A stretch of 63,966 nucleotides of DNA, counting the filler, from Perkinsus chesapeaki ATCC PRA-425 (taxonomy: Eukaryota > Protista > Perkinsozoa), in the NCBI GenBank assembly GCA_013115145.1. It is 7 parts of 7 records of this genome, joined end to end, with 100 filler letters (N's around TTAATTAATTAA, not from the genome) between each part and the next. Parts side by side here need not be neighbours in the genome. Positions count along the whole stretch, not along the records: positions 1 to 30,330 come from JAAPAO010000437.1; 6 more parts are not named here. The stretch is one strand, 5' to 3'. Position 1 is the first letter of the stretch. Every line of letters starts with the position of its first letter. Positions 11,210 through 25,107 of the stretch are shown one piece after another. Below the pieces are notes generated by a model. That model was not told the DNA's origin and ran no database searches. It was given only the letters and a program-made list of their open reading frames with translations. The translations under genes were made by a program, and so were the position numbers.

Positions 11210-13789
11210 GAGGTGGGCCTGTTTGTGTCCTTACTCTGGTGACAATGTCATGAATAATAAAGAGCAATGTCAACTGTAAATATTACGCTATTATATTTAA
11301 CTGCAATCCTCTGTTATGCATCGCTGTAAAGTACATCTCAAGTGTCCCATTATAAACCTCAATGAATGGACTTTGGTAACGGTTTAGTTCACAGATGACG
11401 CGTTCGATTGATTCACTGTGTCTGGTTCAAAGCCTTTTCGAGTTGGCCTCATGAGCAACTCAACAACTGAATGTGCTCTCAGGAAGCCATACCAACTTGT
11501 CAAGCCCGCCGGAATCGTCGAAATGTAAAATGACGCAGCAGCTTCTCGATACAATAATGACCTTCCTATCATCCATCCTTCAGAGATCCTCTCTGTACAG
11601 AATAATAATAGGGAATATATTATAGTCAATGAAGTGATATCTCACCTTCTTCGATGACTGCCAACTCCGACGCTCGCGTGCTGCTGCACGCACGCGCAAA
11701 CTCGAAGAATACACAAAAGATTCTCTCGAGGTTACTTCATGAACCAAAGTGGATCACACGAAAGCGCCAAGCCTTGAGAACACACCACTGACGATTAGTA
11801 ACTTGATAATGCTTCATCGTCTTCCAGTAGCCGGCAGGCCCAAGAAGGCGGCTTTGTCGATTTAGTAAAGTCCTCGTTGTTCAGTTACCAAACCATTTTA
11901 GAACTCCTCAAGACTAATTGATACTCTAATTTAAAGAATTCACCCGATCAATCCGAAGACTGTTATACAACGAATCAATCGATAACAACACATTGGTCCA
12001 TAACCTCAGTCTCTTGTGTGGCTCACCACGTCATTACTCACTTTCGAGATACCGATGGTCGATTTAAGCAGAGCTATTCGCCGGTTTGCTTCCGAGGTAT
12101 CAACACGTACGACAGCCTACTGCCGAAGGTGACTCTTCAATCATATTGGTGACACGTGAATTGGAACCTGACGGTGAATTCGAACATGTGTCACCACCGA
12201 CCATCTGACTCATATTTCTTGTTCACAACTTTGCCTTGTTGAGTTTAACAGTATGCGACCATTGAAGTTTCTGAATCCCAAATCGTTCTGACTTAAGTTC
12301 CTAAACCACGGAATCTTAACTTACATTTCGTTCGCCCGTCCGGAGTGTCCAAGTTGACCTATTTAGTATCTTTTATCTTTAGGCTTGTTTATATGAAAGG
12401 CTCTCCTTCTTCCTCTCCCTATGGCCCAACTCACCAAGTACTTCAATAAATGGATATCCCCTCTGCTAGCCCTACTTCACCAACAACTATGCCTACTCAT
12501 TACTCGACTTGGGAATTTATTGGTAGCAGTTTGCGGCTGCCATTATCGACCGACAGATGCTCAACTGAGCTGTCTCCCGCCCTTGTCCATCGGATTGATG
12601 GAATTACCTTTATGGTGTGATATAGCTATTGCGGAGAGGTAGTACTGGGAAATAAGAGATACTTGATTTGATGGAAAAATTCATCGAGAAATTCGATTTG
12701 AACTGGTGAATTTGATTACTAGATTAATCAGTCATCGAGTCCGTATCGATATATTAGTCACCGGTAATATGTCTCTCACATCGAATCGTATTAAGTATAT
12801 CATATGAAAATTATAAATCTAAAAAGATGTGACCCGGTAGAACTACTGCACTATCGAGCTTCGCGTATGAAGTGTCTTAGACCAGTCTAAGAGTCGCCCT
12901 TATATTGTCAGTATCAACTTTATTTACATCGCTTGACTTTGATTTAATCAGTTCTATATTTTATTATTATTATATTCAATCACATTTGATGGGATTATAC
13001 GTTTATCAATATTCATTTTAGTGAATCATATATATTTAATCATTAAAATCAATCGTATCCAGCCGCCTCCTCCCGTTTTCCATGACTTAGATTCCTTCAG
13101 CGTCCATCAAAGCTTCGAATCCCTCCCATACAGTACATTGCTCCTTCTCTAGGTTATCCTCTACAATTCGTCCACTTCGCGGTGTCGTCACTGAAGTGTT
13201 GTGTTCGTTATGTGATCTCGTTGTGTCTATAAATGACCTTGAGGAATATGTAACATTAATGGTGGACGAGAATGGGCAGAGGAAGCTCCAGCCCTTCATT
13301 GATAATATGCTGTAGTACCTGGGAAGGGGATTTGTGGATTCGTTCCCATTGGCCGAATTTCGGTTAAAGATTTGCTTCGATGATAAGGTCTATGTATTTT
13401 ATTATTATTTAAATATTCGGTAATAGTCGAGTTATCGAATATAAAAGTGCTAAAAAACCAAGATTAAAAAATCTGTAAATTTTACCGGCATCGTAAAATT
13501 TTACAGGGAAAAATTACCAATAATTATTATTAGTAATAGCGGGATGATGAAATACCAAATCCATGGAAAAGGAACGGCTTTACTGCTCTTAAGCTGCAGA
13601 AGAGAGTTGATCGTCGGAGGGATCGACGATCCAATCCGCGAACAATTCATTTACTTTTTTGTTTCATCCGGTGGGCTAAATTATCTAACCTATTATTTGC
13701 CCGAGAAGGGAAAATCTTGGGAATGATCGTATTACTTCCGGTCTGCTCGAAAATGTGATTCCGGAATCGATCAGGGCCGCAACTTGGCG

Positions 13790-16700
13790 TGATTGTAGTT
13801 GAATGTATAACGAGATTCATGTTGAACCATAGCGTGTTTTTATGTTGTTGGGGGTTGAATGCGGGCCTGCTGATGTTTCCTCCTTTGTTACGATGGAGGT
13901 CCGTCTTGGGAATTATGAAACGATTACTTTGTGTAGGGACGAATGAGGTGCCTACATGTGCATTACATTATTAAACAACCGTCGCTGACGTCCATTTTCA
14001 ATGAGAATTAGTGTCATCAACAGCAACAGCTGCTGCTGGGTAGTTGGTTTTGCCTGGGCTGTTTGAATGTACTTAATAAAGTATATATTGATTCGATTAT
14101 GTGTCGAACTTGGTTTTTATATTCGCCAAAATAACAAAAAATTAACTGGTTTGCATAACAGTTTGGGCCACACTGTATATTTCAATGTATAATAATTCAT
14201 CGCCCCGATGATGATGCTCTCGGTTGTGTAGGTATTTCTCTATGTCATGGATTGATATAGCATCCGACCCAAGTGGAGCTTCAGGGAAGTTAACAGTATT
14301 AGATATAGTAGCTGGATGTCGACCTTTACCACCTATATTGCCTGATTCAGCCTATTATTCATTACTGGTTACACCTATACGAGATAATATACGTAATGAG
14401 GGGCTCTAGTGGGGAGGTATCATAGGAAAGCAGCAGCTCTCCAGTGACTTTCGGGAGGGGCCAAGTTTCCTGACACAGGGGGAAATAATTCCTTAAAGGA
14501 TGTAATTCTTTGGATTGTCAGCAGCAGCTGCGGCACAGTCTATTCTTATTGGGGAGCATTATTTGATTTGTGAAAATGCCGGCATCGGCCAAGGAGTCGT
14601 AGAGGAACATCGGGGGAAGATTGTGGTACAAAGTGTCTTATTCTCTCCAGGACCACACTTTTCGTAAGCCGGAAACCTTCTCCGTTATCCTTCAACACTA
14701 ACGGAACCTGCCTCCGTCGGATGACTAAATAAATTACTGGTTCCTGCGTTCGGCATGCGACTGTCAAATTCCCGTCCTCTAGTCTTACTGGGCTTTTAGA
14801 TATTTGGGTACTCAATATTTTTCTCTAAAATCACACAGAAATTTGCCGAAATTTTCAAATATTTTTCGGTCTTCTGTACAGGACAATTCCGGCAGAGTTC
14901 ACTTGGATACGGCACGGTTTCATTATTGTTGTCATTCAGGTCAGCTTCATGCCGCCTTCCACCCCCTCTGCCATATTGGTGTGGTATCTCCGACCGGTGA
15001 GATACCTAATTCGATGAAGAACGGTACGGAGAGGCTAATGCTTGTTGACTGTAAACAACCTGGAAATGGTAGGGAAAAGCCTTTTGCGGAGAAATTTTTC
15101 TGGGGGGAAAGCGACATTTTCAGGTGTGAAACCGCCGGAGGACGTGAATTTGAGAATGCAATTTCGGATTGAGCAATTGAAGCGTTGTATGAATCATCTG
15201 GCAAGGAGCTGTGCGGAGCTGGATATCGAGTTCCATCGGGTAGGTATTTTGTGGCGCGCAGGAATGATGAGATTTTTTTGAATTGTTGTAGTAGTAATTG
15301 CCATTTTGGAATCCATGAATAGAAAACTCTCCTGGAAATAAGCTTCTTCTCTTTCACGAAGATGATGTTTCTCTCATCTTCACCAGGTTAAGTTCCTCCT
15401 ATTATACGATGTCACAGATGTTTTCGGTTTACCACGGCCTATCCCATCCCATCACTACTGTGATGGACACTAGTAGCAGCTAATGTGTTCGTTGAAGTAA
15501 TTCGATTGTGTGCCGAGAAGATCGACACAAGAATTTGGGACAGGTATCTTCCGTAGACGACACCCTAAAAAATAACTTTTGTCGAAAATTTTATTCGTTA
15601 GATGTGGGCCAACAATAGTCTGTCATTTAGAGTGATTTCTTACTGCAATACCTTCATAACTGTAAACAAGATCCGCGGCTCTTTGGTGGGTACGCGTTGA
15701 CCGAGATACATTCGCTGCAGCTGCAGGAGTACCAGACGCGAAATGTAGGTGAAGGTTGGATGTTAACATTCATCTTCGTTCATCAGACTTGGTCGAAGAT
15801 TTTGCAACAAACGAGTTCGAGAGATGGCGAAATATTTGACACGGAGACCTGCCAGAAGATCATTCCGGCGATGTATCGAGTGTTGGTGTATTCGACGACG
15901 ATCATGAGGCTGGCATCGATTGCGGAGTTCGCCGTTGGGGAGTGCGAGAGCTTCTTCAAAGTAAGTTCGGTCGAAGTAACTCCGTAATGACTTGTTCAGT
16001 CTTGGAGAAATCCTGCGGCGAGCTCCTCGCATAAAAAAACGTCGGCGAAGGAGAGTGAAGTGGGAAGCACTTGGCCGGGATCGAGGGCGAAGAGCGATTG
16101 TTTTGATTGGGCACAGGTATCTTAAAATCTTCGCAGTGCGAAGTTCTCAAGGTTGCCCTAGGATGTGTCTGTCGTGGCCCTGACTGGATCCCCGCTGGAT
16201 CGAGCTGTTGGTGATTTCTGTGTCAAGGTGATTCGCTCGGCAGAGTTCCCATTGAACGCTTCAGATGATGGTGAGGTGACTGCTGCTCCATCGCTCCGCT
16301 AGAAAATGTGGCATGTTTACCAGTTTCTGATTTGGAAAGTGTATTGCGACAGCTCCTCAGTGATGATTGGCTCGAGCTCCTCTTGCCACCGGGAACGTGC
16401 CGAATCGAGTGAGTCAATCACACTGTTGAAAAATGTCTAGGGTGGCTTTTGTCAGATACACCGATTACAAAGAGAAGGGCTTTATTCAGCGTTTGGTTGC
16501 TGCGGTGGATCATTTGAGAAAGACTGTCGATGATGTTGTCGATTCCACAAAGGCAGATGGCGGCCACGCTAGTGAACGGAAAACCAGGAGCGTAAGGAAT
16601 GGTGAAGTTATGTTCAGCGGTTTCGGACGAGCGACTCGGACGGTTCACTTGTTAGTTGGCAATTTTCTTCCCCGCATTGTATACGATGATACGGGCGTAG

Positions 16701-17199
16701 TTTTCACGGGGCGTTATTTGTCGTGAACTGGTGAGTTTTATGATGATTACTATTTTCAGGCAATTGTTGCGCTCTGGCGAGATTTACGTCAAACATCTTT
16801 GGATGGTTATCTGCACCATTTCGGATCTTTCGTGGCGCAGTATCCAGCGGTGGTCCAAAAGCCACTCGGTGATCGATTGAGGAAGTAAGTTGTAGTTTAA
16901 AACTTTCGGATTTCTTGAGACGAGAGCAACTCCTTATGCTGGACCGCCAATTGCCCTATCCGCTGCATTCTTGGGAAAATATGAACTTACGAGATTTACA
17001 GTGCTATCATTTTTGTAGGATTCTCGGCCAGGAAGTACGAGTTGATCTGCCCGCTATGAATTTGCATCCTCTTTATCCCTCCGGGCATTGCCTCCGACTG
17101 GTAGAGCTTCAACGTGCTAAAGTGAATGATTCCGCTGTATCCTCCCCACTTGTAAAACCTAGTATCACCCCCGCTCCCCCGATACCGGCACAATGTTGA
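13790..17199 (+). CDS. Large hypothetical multi-exon gene, product unidentified
   Basis: Series of GT-AG-bounded open exons, e.g. FSGVKPPEDVNLRMQFRIEQLKRCMNHLARSCAELDIEFHR, TWSKILQQ...ECESFFK and AIVALWRDLRQTSLDGYLHHFGSFVAQYPAVVQKPLGDRLRK. Ends are approximate. Confidence 0.4.
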
Positions 17200-17996
17200 T
17201 TTCTGTGATAGTTGTTGTTGGGTTCCTATAGTGTAATGCGCGAACGCGTTCAATACCCATATAATCAAGAATCGCGCTTATGGCCAATGGAAGTTTCACC
17301 GTAAAACATAAAGTACATTAGAGCAAATGTAACACGCACAATTGGCAAATTAATATGATAACCAATCCCCAGGGGAACGTATTTTAAGACCTAAGCGATA
17401 TGGGGGCTGTCTAGGCCGGATAATTGAATGATTCAGTGGTCCAAGTCCTGCTGGTATCAATTCAATTTTAATCCCTGGTTACCAGGGCCTGGTAACCGGA
17501 CTTGGTAACTACCGAGCTACTGTCAAAGTGTGGGATATTGTCCAGTTCTTACTGAGAGCTTCTTGGAAACCAGCAGCCTTGCTTGGGTATCAGGATTCTC
17601 TCGCGTTGAGATTAACCTCACAATACGATTATTATGAGATGTATATGATTCGGGGTGCAAATAGAATGATTCCGACATGAATACGATGAAATGAGGAGAA
17701 TCAAAATAGTGCGAACAGAGAATTTACAACGAAGAAAGCGTCGAGCAGGATATCTTACATCACTCTAACGCCACTTTTCTGTATATATGCTTATTTTCGT
17801 TTCGTTATAAGTGTGAATACGATAGTGGTTCAACCAGCATTGGGAGGAGCTCGCGGAGCGCTTTGAAGTAGGGCCTCAAATGGTCTCATACTCGCGCTGG
17901 GAAGTTACTAGGAGGGTCTTTTAAAATGATTCTTTCTATCGATCACCCTATGCCATTGGTGCGACCATATGAGATCTTTCTAAGGTGTAATATTCT

Positions 17997-18848
17997 CTAA
18001 GATATGAATGCAAGTTGGGTCGAATCCAATGTGGATACCAGTCCTAGCGGCGTCATGTCACATTACGGTTCGGCACATTTGAACTCCGATATGAGCCCCG
18101 GAACCAACCATTCCACGCCATTCTCGTTGTTTGGAACATCTTGTGGACATATGTGTCCCCTGAAGTATTATGGATGCCTTCTATTTCTCATTACTAGTTG
18201 GCAGAAGAGAAAGTTTGTTTACAACCTCAGTCTGGCTGGAACCAATTTCATCTCCTAATTGAATTTTTCGCGTTGAGATCAATTAAGTGGCTTCAAACCT
18301 TGCTGACCAGAGCCGGTGTGCGGATCAACAGGTGGAGCATATGATGTTGCATCATTGATGTAGAATACAATGCAGAGAGCGTCAGCACGGGCTTCTGCAG
18401 TTCCTACTCATTCTGCGTTCATTATGAACGGATGAAGGAGGATAATACTTCATTACAGCCGCTAATCTATGCACTGCTGGTCTCGTTATTTACAATCGGA
18501 AATCCATCCCCGTTGCCGACCAGCTCGAGCTTGAGCATCAAGCCTCCAAGGGGGGAGCAATTCCAACACCATTTGGATGACTGTAAATATTAGCTTTTCG
18601 GCTCCCGATGTATGCGTGCGGCAGAGGGCATCATCCTGTTGTACGACTCCATGCTATGGAATAATCTTGACGCAGAAATCGCGCAGTCATGGCGAAGAGC
18701 CCAACAGAGAGGCAGTCAAACCGCACGATATAGAGATATTGCTGGCTCTCCTTCGGAGTCCAAATGTGCCGAACCGTAACGTGACATGACGCCGCTAGAT
18801 CTGGCACGTATCCACCTTGGATTCTACTCGGCTCGCATACATACTTAG
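17997..18848. repeat. Imperfect inverted duplication, arms of about 93 bp (17997-18089 and 18753-18848)
   Basis: TCGGAGT(T/C)CAAATGTGCCGAACCGTAA(T/C)GTGACATGACGCCGCTAG...TATCCAC.TTGGATTC is present on opposite strands. Confidence 0.8.
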
Positions 18849-20065
18849 ATTCATACAAAGTCGTAGGTTGACAGAATTGCAACATCTTAGCAAGATTCCA
18901 TAAGTTGATGTTGTGATACTACGAAAGTCATCGAGCTACGATGATTCAGCACAGATGCGTTTTGACAGAGAATATTATTGCTATTCATGGAATAGATTCC
19001 CTTATACAGCCACTACACCTAAATTATGTTCTTATCTGTGAAGTTTATCTCTGAGTGGTAGAGTTGCCGCGTAACTCCAACAAGGAGCATCTAGGCTGCT
19101 GTGATAGTATTGCCCTCTCATTGGTATGCCGGGTGCGCACCGCACCCGAAAGACTAATGCCTGAGCACACAATCCCACCACAGCGCACAATGACGCTAGT
19201 GGAAGCGGCACCCGGCAGCATAATAGTGTGCTACGTCGCCATTGGGTAACTAATTTTTTTTCTTTCCTGTGAGAGGGAGGTGTTGGCAGCCGCTACCGAG
19301 TATGTTTTCCCACGAGCTGAAGATGATTTGAGTTACTTACTAGTTAACGGGATCGGGTATTAGTCGTTTGTATCTAGCTTCGTTCTGCATAAAGTTGTAT
19401 TCTTAATGAATGGTACCGCTTGATCTTCTTCTGTAGCAGACATTCTGTTATATTCTTCGTGAGAAGTTATATTCTTAAATTCTGTCTTTTGGTTTGCAAC
19501 GGTTCTATCGACAAGTACAGAATGTGTAACATGTTGTGATATTGTGGTAAGCGTGCTATCATGCATATTCTCTACGCTCAGGCATATGTCAGTGCTAAGA
19601 ACCGGGAAGGTATTCTTAGTACTGTAAGTAGTTGCGCTGTGCGCCATAGCTATGCAGTTTACACAGTTGCACGCATATACACTAAGGTTCTTTCTTACAC
19701 CTCTCCGTCAGCTTCGTGTTGGAGTGTATCTCTGGCACACAACAAACAGCAATACCTAGACTTTTCATAGCTATAGCTACAAAACTGGGAAATTCCCCTA
19801 ACTAGAGTGATAACAGAAGCTTAAGGAAGTTGTTATAACTTGATAATTAAAGTCAAGCACTTCGCAGAGTGACCATCCGTCATGGCTTAACTGACAACCA
19901 CTACCAGTAAGTCAGCGAGAGAGCCTCAGTGAGAGTGTGTAGCTTGCACAGTGTAAGATGTTCCAAAAAGTTACCCTGATTTCTGTACGTGCACATGCTT
20001 CTATTCCAGTTGGATTCTTACTGCGCTGTGCGACGCATCTCAAGAAGCCTTCGACACTCGTCAGA

Positions 20066-20630
20066 ATGAATCTCTTCGCGGCTACTGTTACCCTTCTCGG
20101 TGTCTACGTCTGCGGGCAGCCTCCCCCAAATCACCTCGTCGGGAGGGTCTTCACCGTACGCAACGCAGAATGGGTGGTAACCTTCACATTCTCCGACTCG
20201 GAGACCGATTCCCAGGTTAACATGCTCTTCGGGTGGTACGACTTTGATTCAACTGAGTGTACCATACGAGATTGATATCCAAGAACCAAACGAGGCTCGT
20301 CTGTTATGGGACCAAGTTGAAGGGCCGATTGGACGCGAGGAGTTCCATCAGCAGCTTCGAGAAGCCAATCTACTAGACGACGACAATCAATATGGTGGAT
20401 ACATTGATACGATATTCTATAGGGCTGAAGACGCGCCCGATCAAATAAGGGTTCACGCGCTTCTTGAGGAATTGTTTACCCTATTTGAAGTTTTAGTCCA
20501 AGGAGTTGATCCGTATCCGTATCCGAACTATGGATTGGCATTATTGCTCTGCTCGCTACCAACTATCTTCCATCACCACCAAAGTGGACCCCATCGTACT
20601 TTGAGGGAAGATCCTGTCATAACTTTCTGA
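20066..20630 (+). pseudogene. Secreted-protein gene with an apparent frameshift near 20255 (pseudogene or sequencing error)
   Basis: Signal peptide MNLFAATVTLLGVYVCGQPPP. The protein-like sequence switches frame from ...WYDFDST to VPYEIDIQEPNEARLLW..., and no GT-AG intron is evident at the switch. Confidence 0.55.
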
Positions 20631-22010
20631 TATAATAAACGTGACTGGAATGTTATTAACTTGATTATCAAATGAAAAGTCATCACTACGTAGTCTAGTC
20701 GCTGGTTGTTTGAGTTAATGTTATGATATTATGAATATGTTCGATGCTATTTGTGGTTTACGAAGACTACAGCCTCATTCCTTGTTGGATGTTATACTAC
20801 AGGCTAGTAAATCCCCCCCTTTTTGACCGTAGGGGTTAGACTGTGTTTGGATACTCCTTTGGATATCTTCACTTACCAACAGCAGGTTGATATTCTGTTT
20901 TGCTAGCCGTTCTTTTGTCCCATGTAACATCTCTATCTTCGTGCTCCACTTCTAGCAAGGAACAAGATCACTCCCCTTTTCGTTCGTAAACTTGTAGCGT
21001 TTTGTTCAATTGTATCTTTCCATGTCAAACATGTTTTGAATGCTTTGAAGGCTGTCTAAGTTCTTGCCACTTGCCCCTCGGAGATCTGCCACCGTAATGT
21101 TTACCGCGTACGTAGTAAGTGCACATTTTCTAATAGTAAATTCCTATTACACTCTCCGTAATGTTTTGACCATACGCACATAGCATGTAATGAATGGGTT
21201 AGTGACTGAGCCATGTTCGGCGTTGGACCATCAACGTAGGGCACAGCAGCAAGTACAAACGCATACAGTAGTATTTCAGGTTTAATAAGACCTTCACAGA
21301 GCTTTAGTACGGCTCGTTGGAGTGGCGAGGAAAGATCTGTAGTCCGAGAATCCTTTATTGCGATTTAATAGTTGAGTATATGAACTTTTACTGATGTTTG
21401 CTCAGTTGTTTTCGAGCTCAAATAAAACTGCCAATGGGCGTTACTGTGCTTGGTGGTTGAAGGGGTAACCTCTGGATGTGAATAGTATCTCAAGACTCGT
21501 GGATGGACTCCATTCAACGCTGCCTGACCCTTCGAGGTCGAGTAGCCCATGTAACGTGAGTCAGCGGCCTAATCCGACGATCTGCTGAACTCTCCAGGAT
21601 GGTTCTCGGCCCACTAGGAGGTAATCAAGTCGGCCAGTAGCGTGTGTGTGTGAGTTTATAGTCCAACGCCGAAAATTGTCTTGTCAGACTATCCATTCCA
21701 TGTGCAGCTTCAGAGCGAGGGTTTAATACCTATACTGTTATTGTCACTGTAGCATAACTGTGGCCAGTAGCATAACTCATACAATCGGACTCAGTTTCGT
21801 TTCGTGACCAACTGAAGTCTCGATGTTTCGACAGATGCCTGTCTGCCTGAGCTTCGATGGGTAGTCCTAATTTACGACTTGCAATTCGACGGGTGAAACC
21901 CAAACCAGTACCCCGCAGCTTCGTTCTCTTGCTTCAAACACTTCTAACTTCGTAACTCAAGCCTCTGTAAATAGAAAAGTCAATGCTTCTTTGTTGTTGA
22001 ATGTTATCGT

Positions 22011-24207
22011 CTACACCGTGAAAATAGGCGATGATGGTGGTGGCATAGAACTGGTGGCTGGCGAATCAGATGGTGATAGTAATGTTGATGAAGCCCATGT
22101 TAGCTGCATATTAGGTAGATACTCTATACGAAAGGCAAAGGCTAAACAACCCAGAAAAATGCCACACAGCGTTCCAACTATAACTTGCTGAAGAGTGTGA
22201 TCCATGTTATACCATCGAGCCCACGGAACCTGATGGCAACAATACATTATATTCGGTAATGGACTGATCAGTCCGTCGTAAATACCTCGTGAATCTACAA
22301 GTGACCTCGCGCAACAAAGCCGATATGAAACACTGATGAAAGGGAGGGAGTTGAACGAATTACAGTTTTGTTTATTCCCACAAGGCATTAATATGCTTCT
22401 GCAATGTACCAAATATGCCGTTATTACTGAGAATATAGGCGATGGTGTACAACCCTTTAAGTTGGACTAGAAGCATCTCTGATCCACGAGTGTTAATTAC
22501 ACAAAAAAGGGGACAAAGTGAAATATCGGCCATATCCGAAAGAACGTGTCTCGGAAGACATTAAGAACCAATTACTGCTCTCGAGGAAGTAATCGCGATA
22601 ATAATCCTCGATAACTACTAAGTGTTAGACCCCAACTTAACTGCACGGCAGTCCTTGAACACTTAATAGAGGAGTAATATGTTCATTCGAGCAGCCCACC
22701 CCAGAACTTACTGGTCCAAATGCTGCCAGTATAAATATTATCCGACCAATCAATTCCTCCATACTGCCCGTGTTAGTTGCTCCACCATGAGAAGCGAACA
22801 AGCCGATGGACTCCAACAGAAACCATGTACCTTACGTACAATTCGTTCGTCGAGTCACAAGTAGACTGAATCTCGATATTTCTTCACGGGATTTCGATAA
22901 GAACACGGGAACTTGTGGCACGCATTATAAGCCTTCTCTTAACCTTTTTTTAGGATCAACAAGGTCTCCTTATCGCGGTGACTATTCCAAGGAGATGCAA
23001 TCGACCCAACAGGAGCTTTACCTCCCTCCCTTGCACTCTGACATTTTCAACTATTACTTTGAATTCTGTGACGACCAATGCTTCCATTGTTTCTCCTCAT
23101 ATGGAACACACTTTCCGCGATATAGGTATTATATAACATAGAAAAATTAAGCACTAGGTTCCAGATGGGACAATACACTGTCAACGTGTGAAATGATATA
23201 ATAGGCCGGAGAAGTTCAATTCATTTGTTATCAGTTAGTTTCCCATATTACAAAGCACTCCCGAAGTGATGCAATGTCCACTAGGCATTCCTGGGCCTTC
23301 ACAGGCACTCTGTGGTGGGCGAGGTTGACCGAAAAAACGTTTAAAAACAGCCTCGTTAAGGAATGATGTTACCAACAGTATAGCCTGACAAAAAGGAATT
23401 CTTTTGGTGGAATACACCATGTTTAAGATTCTTTTAAAGAATCTTAAACATGGTGTATTCGGGAAAGTCGCGTTGTCAATGAGAGTCAATAATGAACAAT
23501 TAACTGGTCCATTTATCGTCTGAGATTAATGCATGGTCCATTGTATCTCAGCTAGATATGATCTAATGATGTATCTCAACTTAACATGCTATTTTATAGA
23601 TAAATTCATATATTAAAGGCTCATCATTGATAGGCAACCTATCTAATGGTTAAATCTATTGTCCAACATATCATTTATAAGGTAATAATCTTAGTGATAC
23701 ATATGATAATTTTATCTATATGAATAATCCATATCATTAGTACACCTCCCCCTCCACAGCCTTTGGCTCCCTATTACGCAGGCGTATGTGTAGACAGCCC
23801 TCCGTGTGGTAAGCATTAATATTGTAAGTGTTGCTGGTACAATCCATGGAATGAAGCCATATGCCTCGGCCACAGCCATTAAAGGTGGAGCAGGCACTCG
23901 TATGGTCACTTGGCCTAGCTCGAACACTGACCGATAATTCAGATTATCTGGCAATACGGAGATGACTGCTAAGGCCAATTGCATTTTAACTACCTGGATG
24001 CTCCTTGCCGCGCAGTACTACTTCCTGCGGTGGTGTTCCTTGACCAGATTCTAAGTCGATCTCCAGGGGAGCATATTTGACAGATCCCTCTACAGTCGGG
24101 GCGCAATCCTTCTGTAGAGCAATCGTCGATGATGACATATAGAACAAGCTGTAGAATAGTAATCATAACAAACCTTCCCTTATGGATCTCGGACTTGCTG
24201 CTGTCAT
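22011..24207 (-). CDS. PAP2-superfamily phosphatase, dolichyldiphosphatase (DOLPP1/Cwh8)-like
   Basis: Spliced reading from ATG at 24207 (MTAASPRSIREEGSVKYAPLEIDLESG...). It contains C1 K-x6-RP (KRFFGQPRP), C2 PSGH (GMPSGHC) and C3 AR-x5-H-x3-Q (VPWARWYNMDHTLQQVIVG), plus several TM helices. About six exons. Confidence 0.85.
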
Positions 24208-25107
24208 CTAACAGTGTGCGACATAGAGCTTGGGGTGGGTTGGTGAACTGCCCAAAATACTCTAAGCAAACCATGATTTCGAGATTCGAGAACAACTAAG
24301 GTATGCTGATCGATAAGTACCCCAGGTATATATGTTATTAAAGTTGCAAGAGGTTTCAGAGCCAAACTCCTCAGCGCTATCGAGTTTGTGCTATCGAGTT
24401 CGAGTAGCTGACTACATAGGGACAGCCTGTTGAGTAGGAATACCTGTCATCCACATCATCCCACCTTATAGGGATTTACCAACTACAATACGTAAGATGA
24501 CGAGAGCTAGATTCAACCCGCTTGAAGATATAGTGTATTTAATCGTATGAAAGGCACGCTCAGGAGCTCCCAGACGATGCGGATTTCGCGAAAAAAATAG
24601 AAGGAGCATTTTACCCGTTTCACCAGAACGCAACGTGGTTGGCTTTCGAAGTGTTTAATAACTAAACATTAACTATGACTGAGGTTCTTCTTCGCGACAA
24701 TTCCGAGTGGAAGGCGGAGCGAAGCAATTCACGTTGTCTATTTTAGGAAAAAGGAGACGGCGAAGAACGCACAATTGGAAAGGGTATTTCGTAGGACTTG
24801 ACTTGACTTATTGGGCTCCTTGTGGCCGGAAAGCACCTCTCATTGAACTTCTCTCTCGACAAACGTATAATAGGGCAGCCACCTGTAGATCTGTTTAAGA
24901 GAGTGGATGCCGTTGAGGCGTATGGACTTTAGCTCTGAAAAACTCCATCGACACCTGTTGGGCTACTTCGAGCTGGTTTTGTGAACATTTGTTATTCGAA
25001 GGCACTTGGAGGGAGCAAGCTCGAGAGGAGGGGCGAATCGGAGTGAATGTGGTAGAAGGGAACCACTTCCATTAGTGAGTATATTATTACTCAACGACCA
25101 CGTTATA

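Noticed and set aside
12160-12200. GTTCGAATTC in a minus-strand intron as another B-box member
   Set aside because: It lacks the conserved C61 and any T-stem, so it was not counted.
24330-24990. TPR-like phrase CSQLLELDSTNSIALRSLA on the minus strand
   Set aside because: A single weak motif with unresolved splicing.
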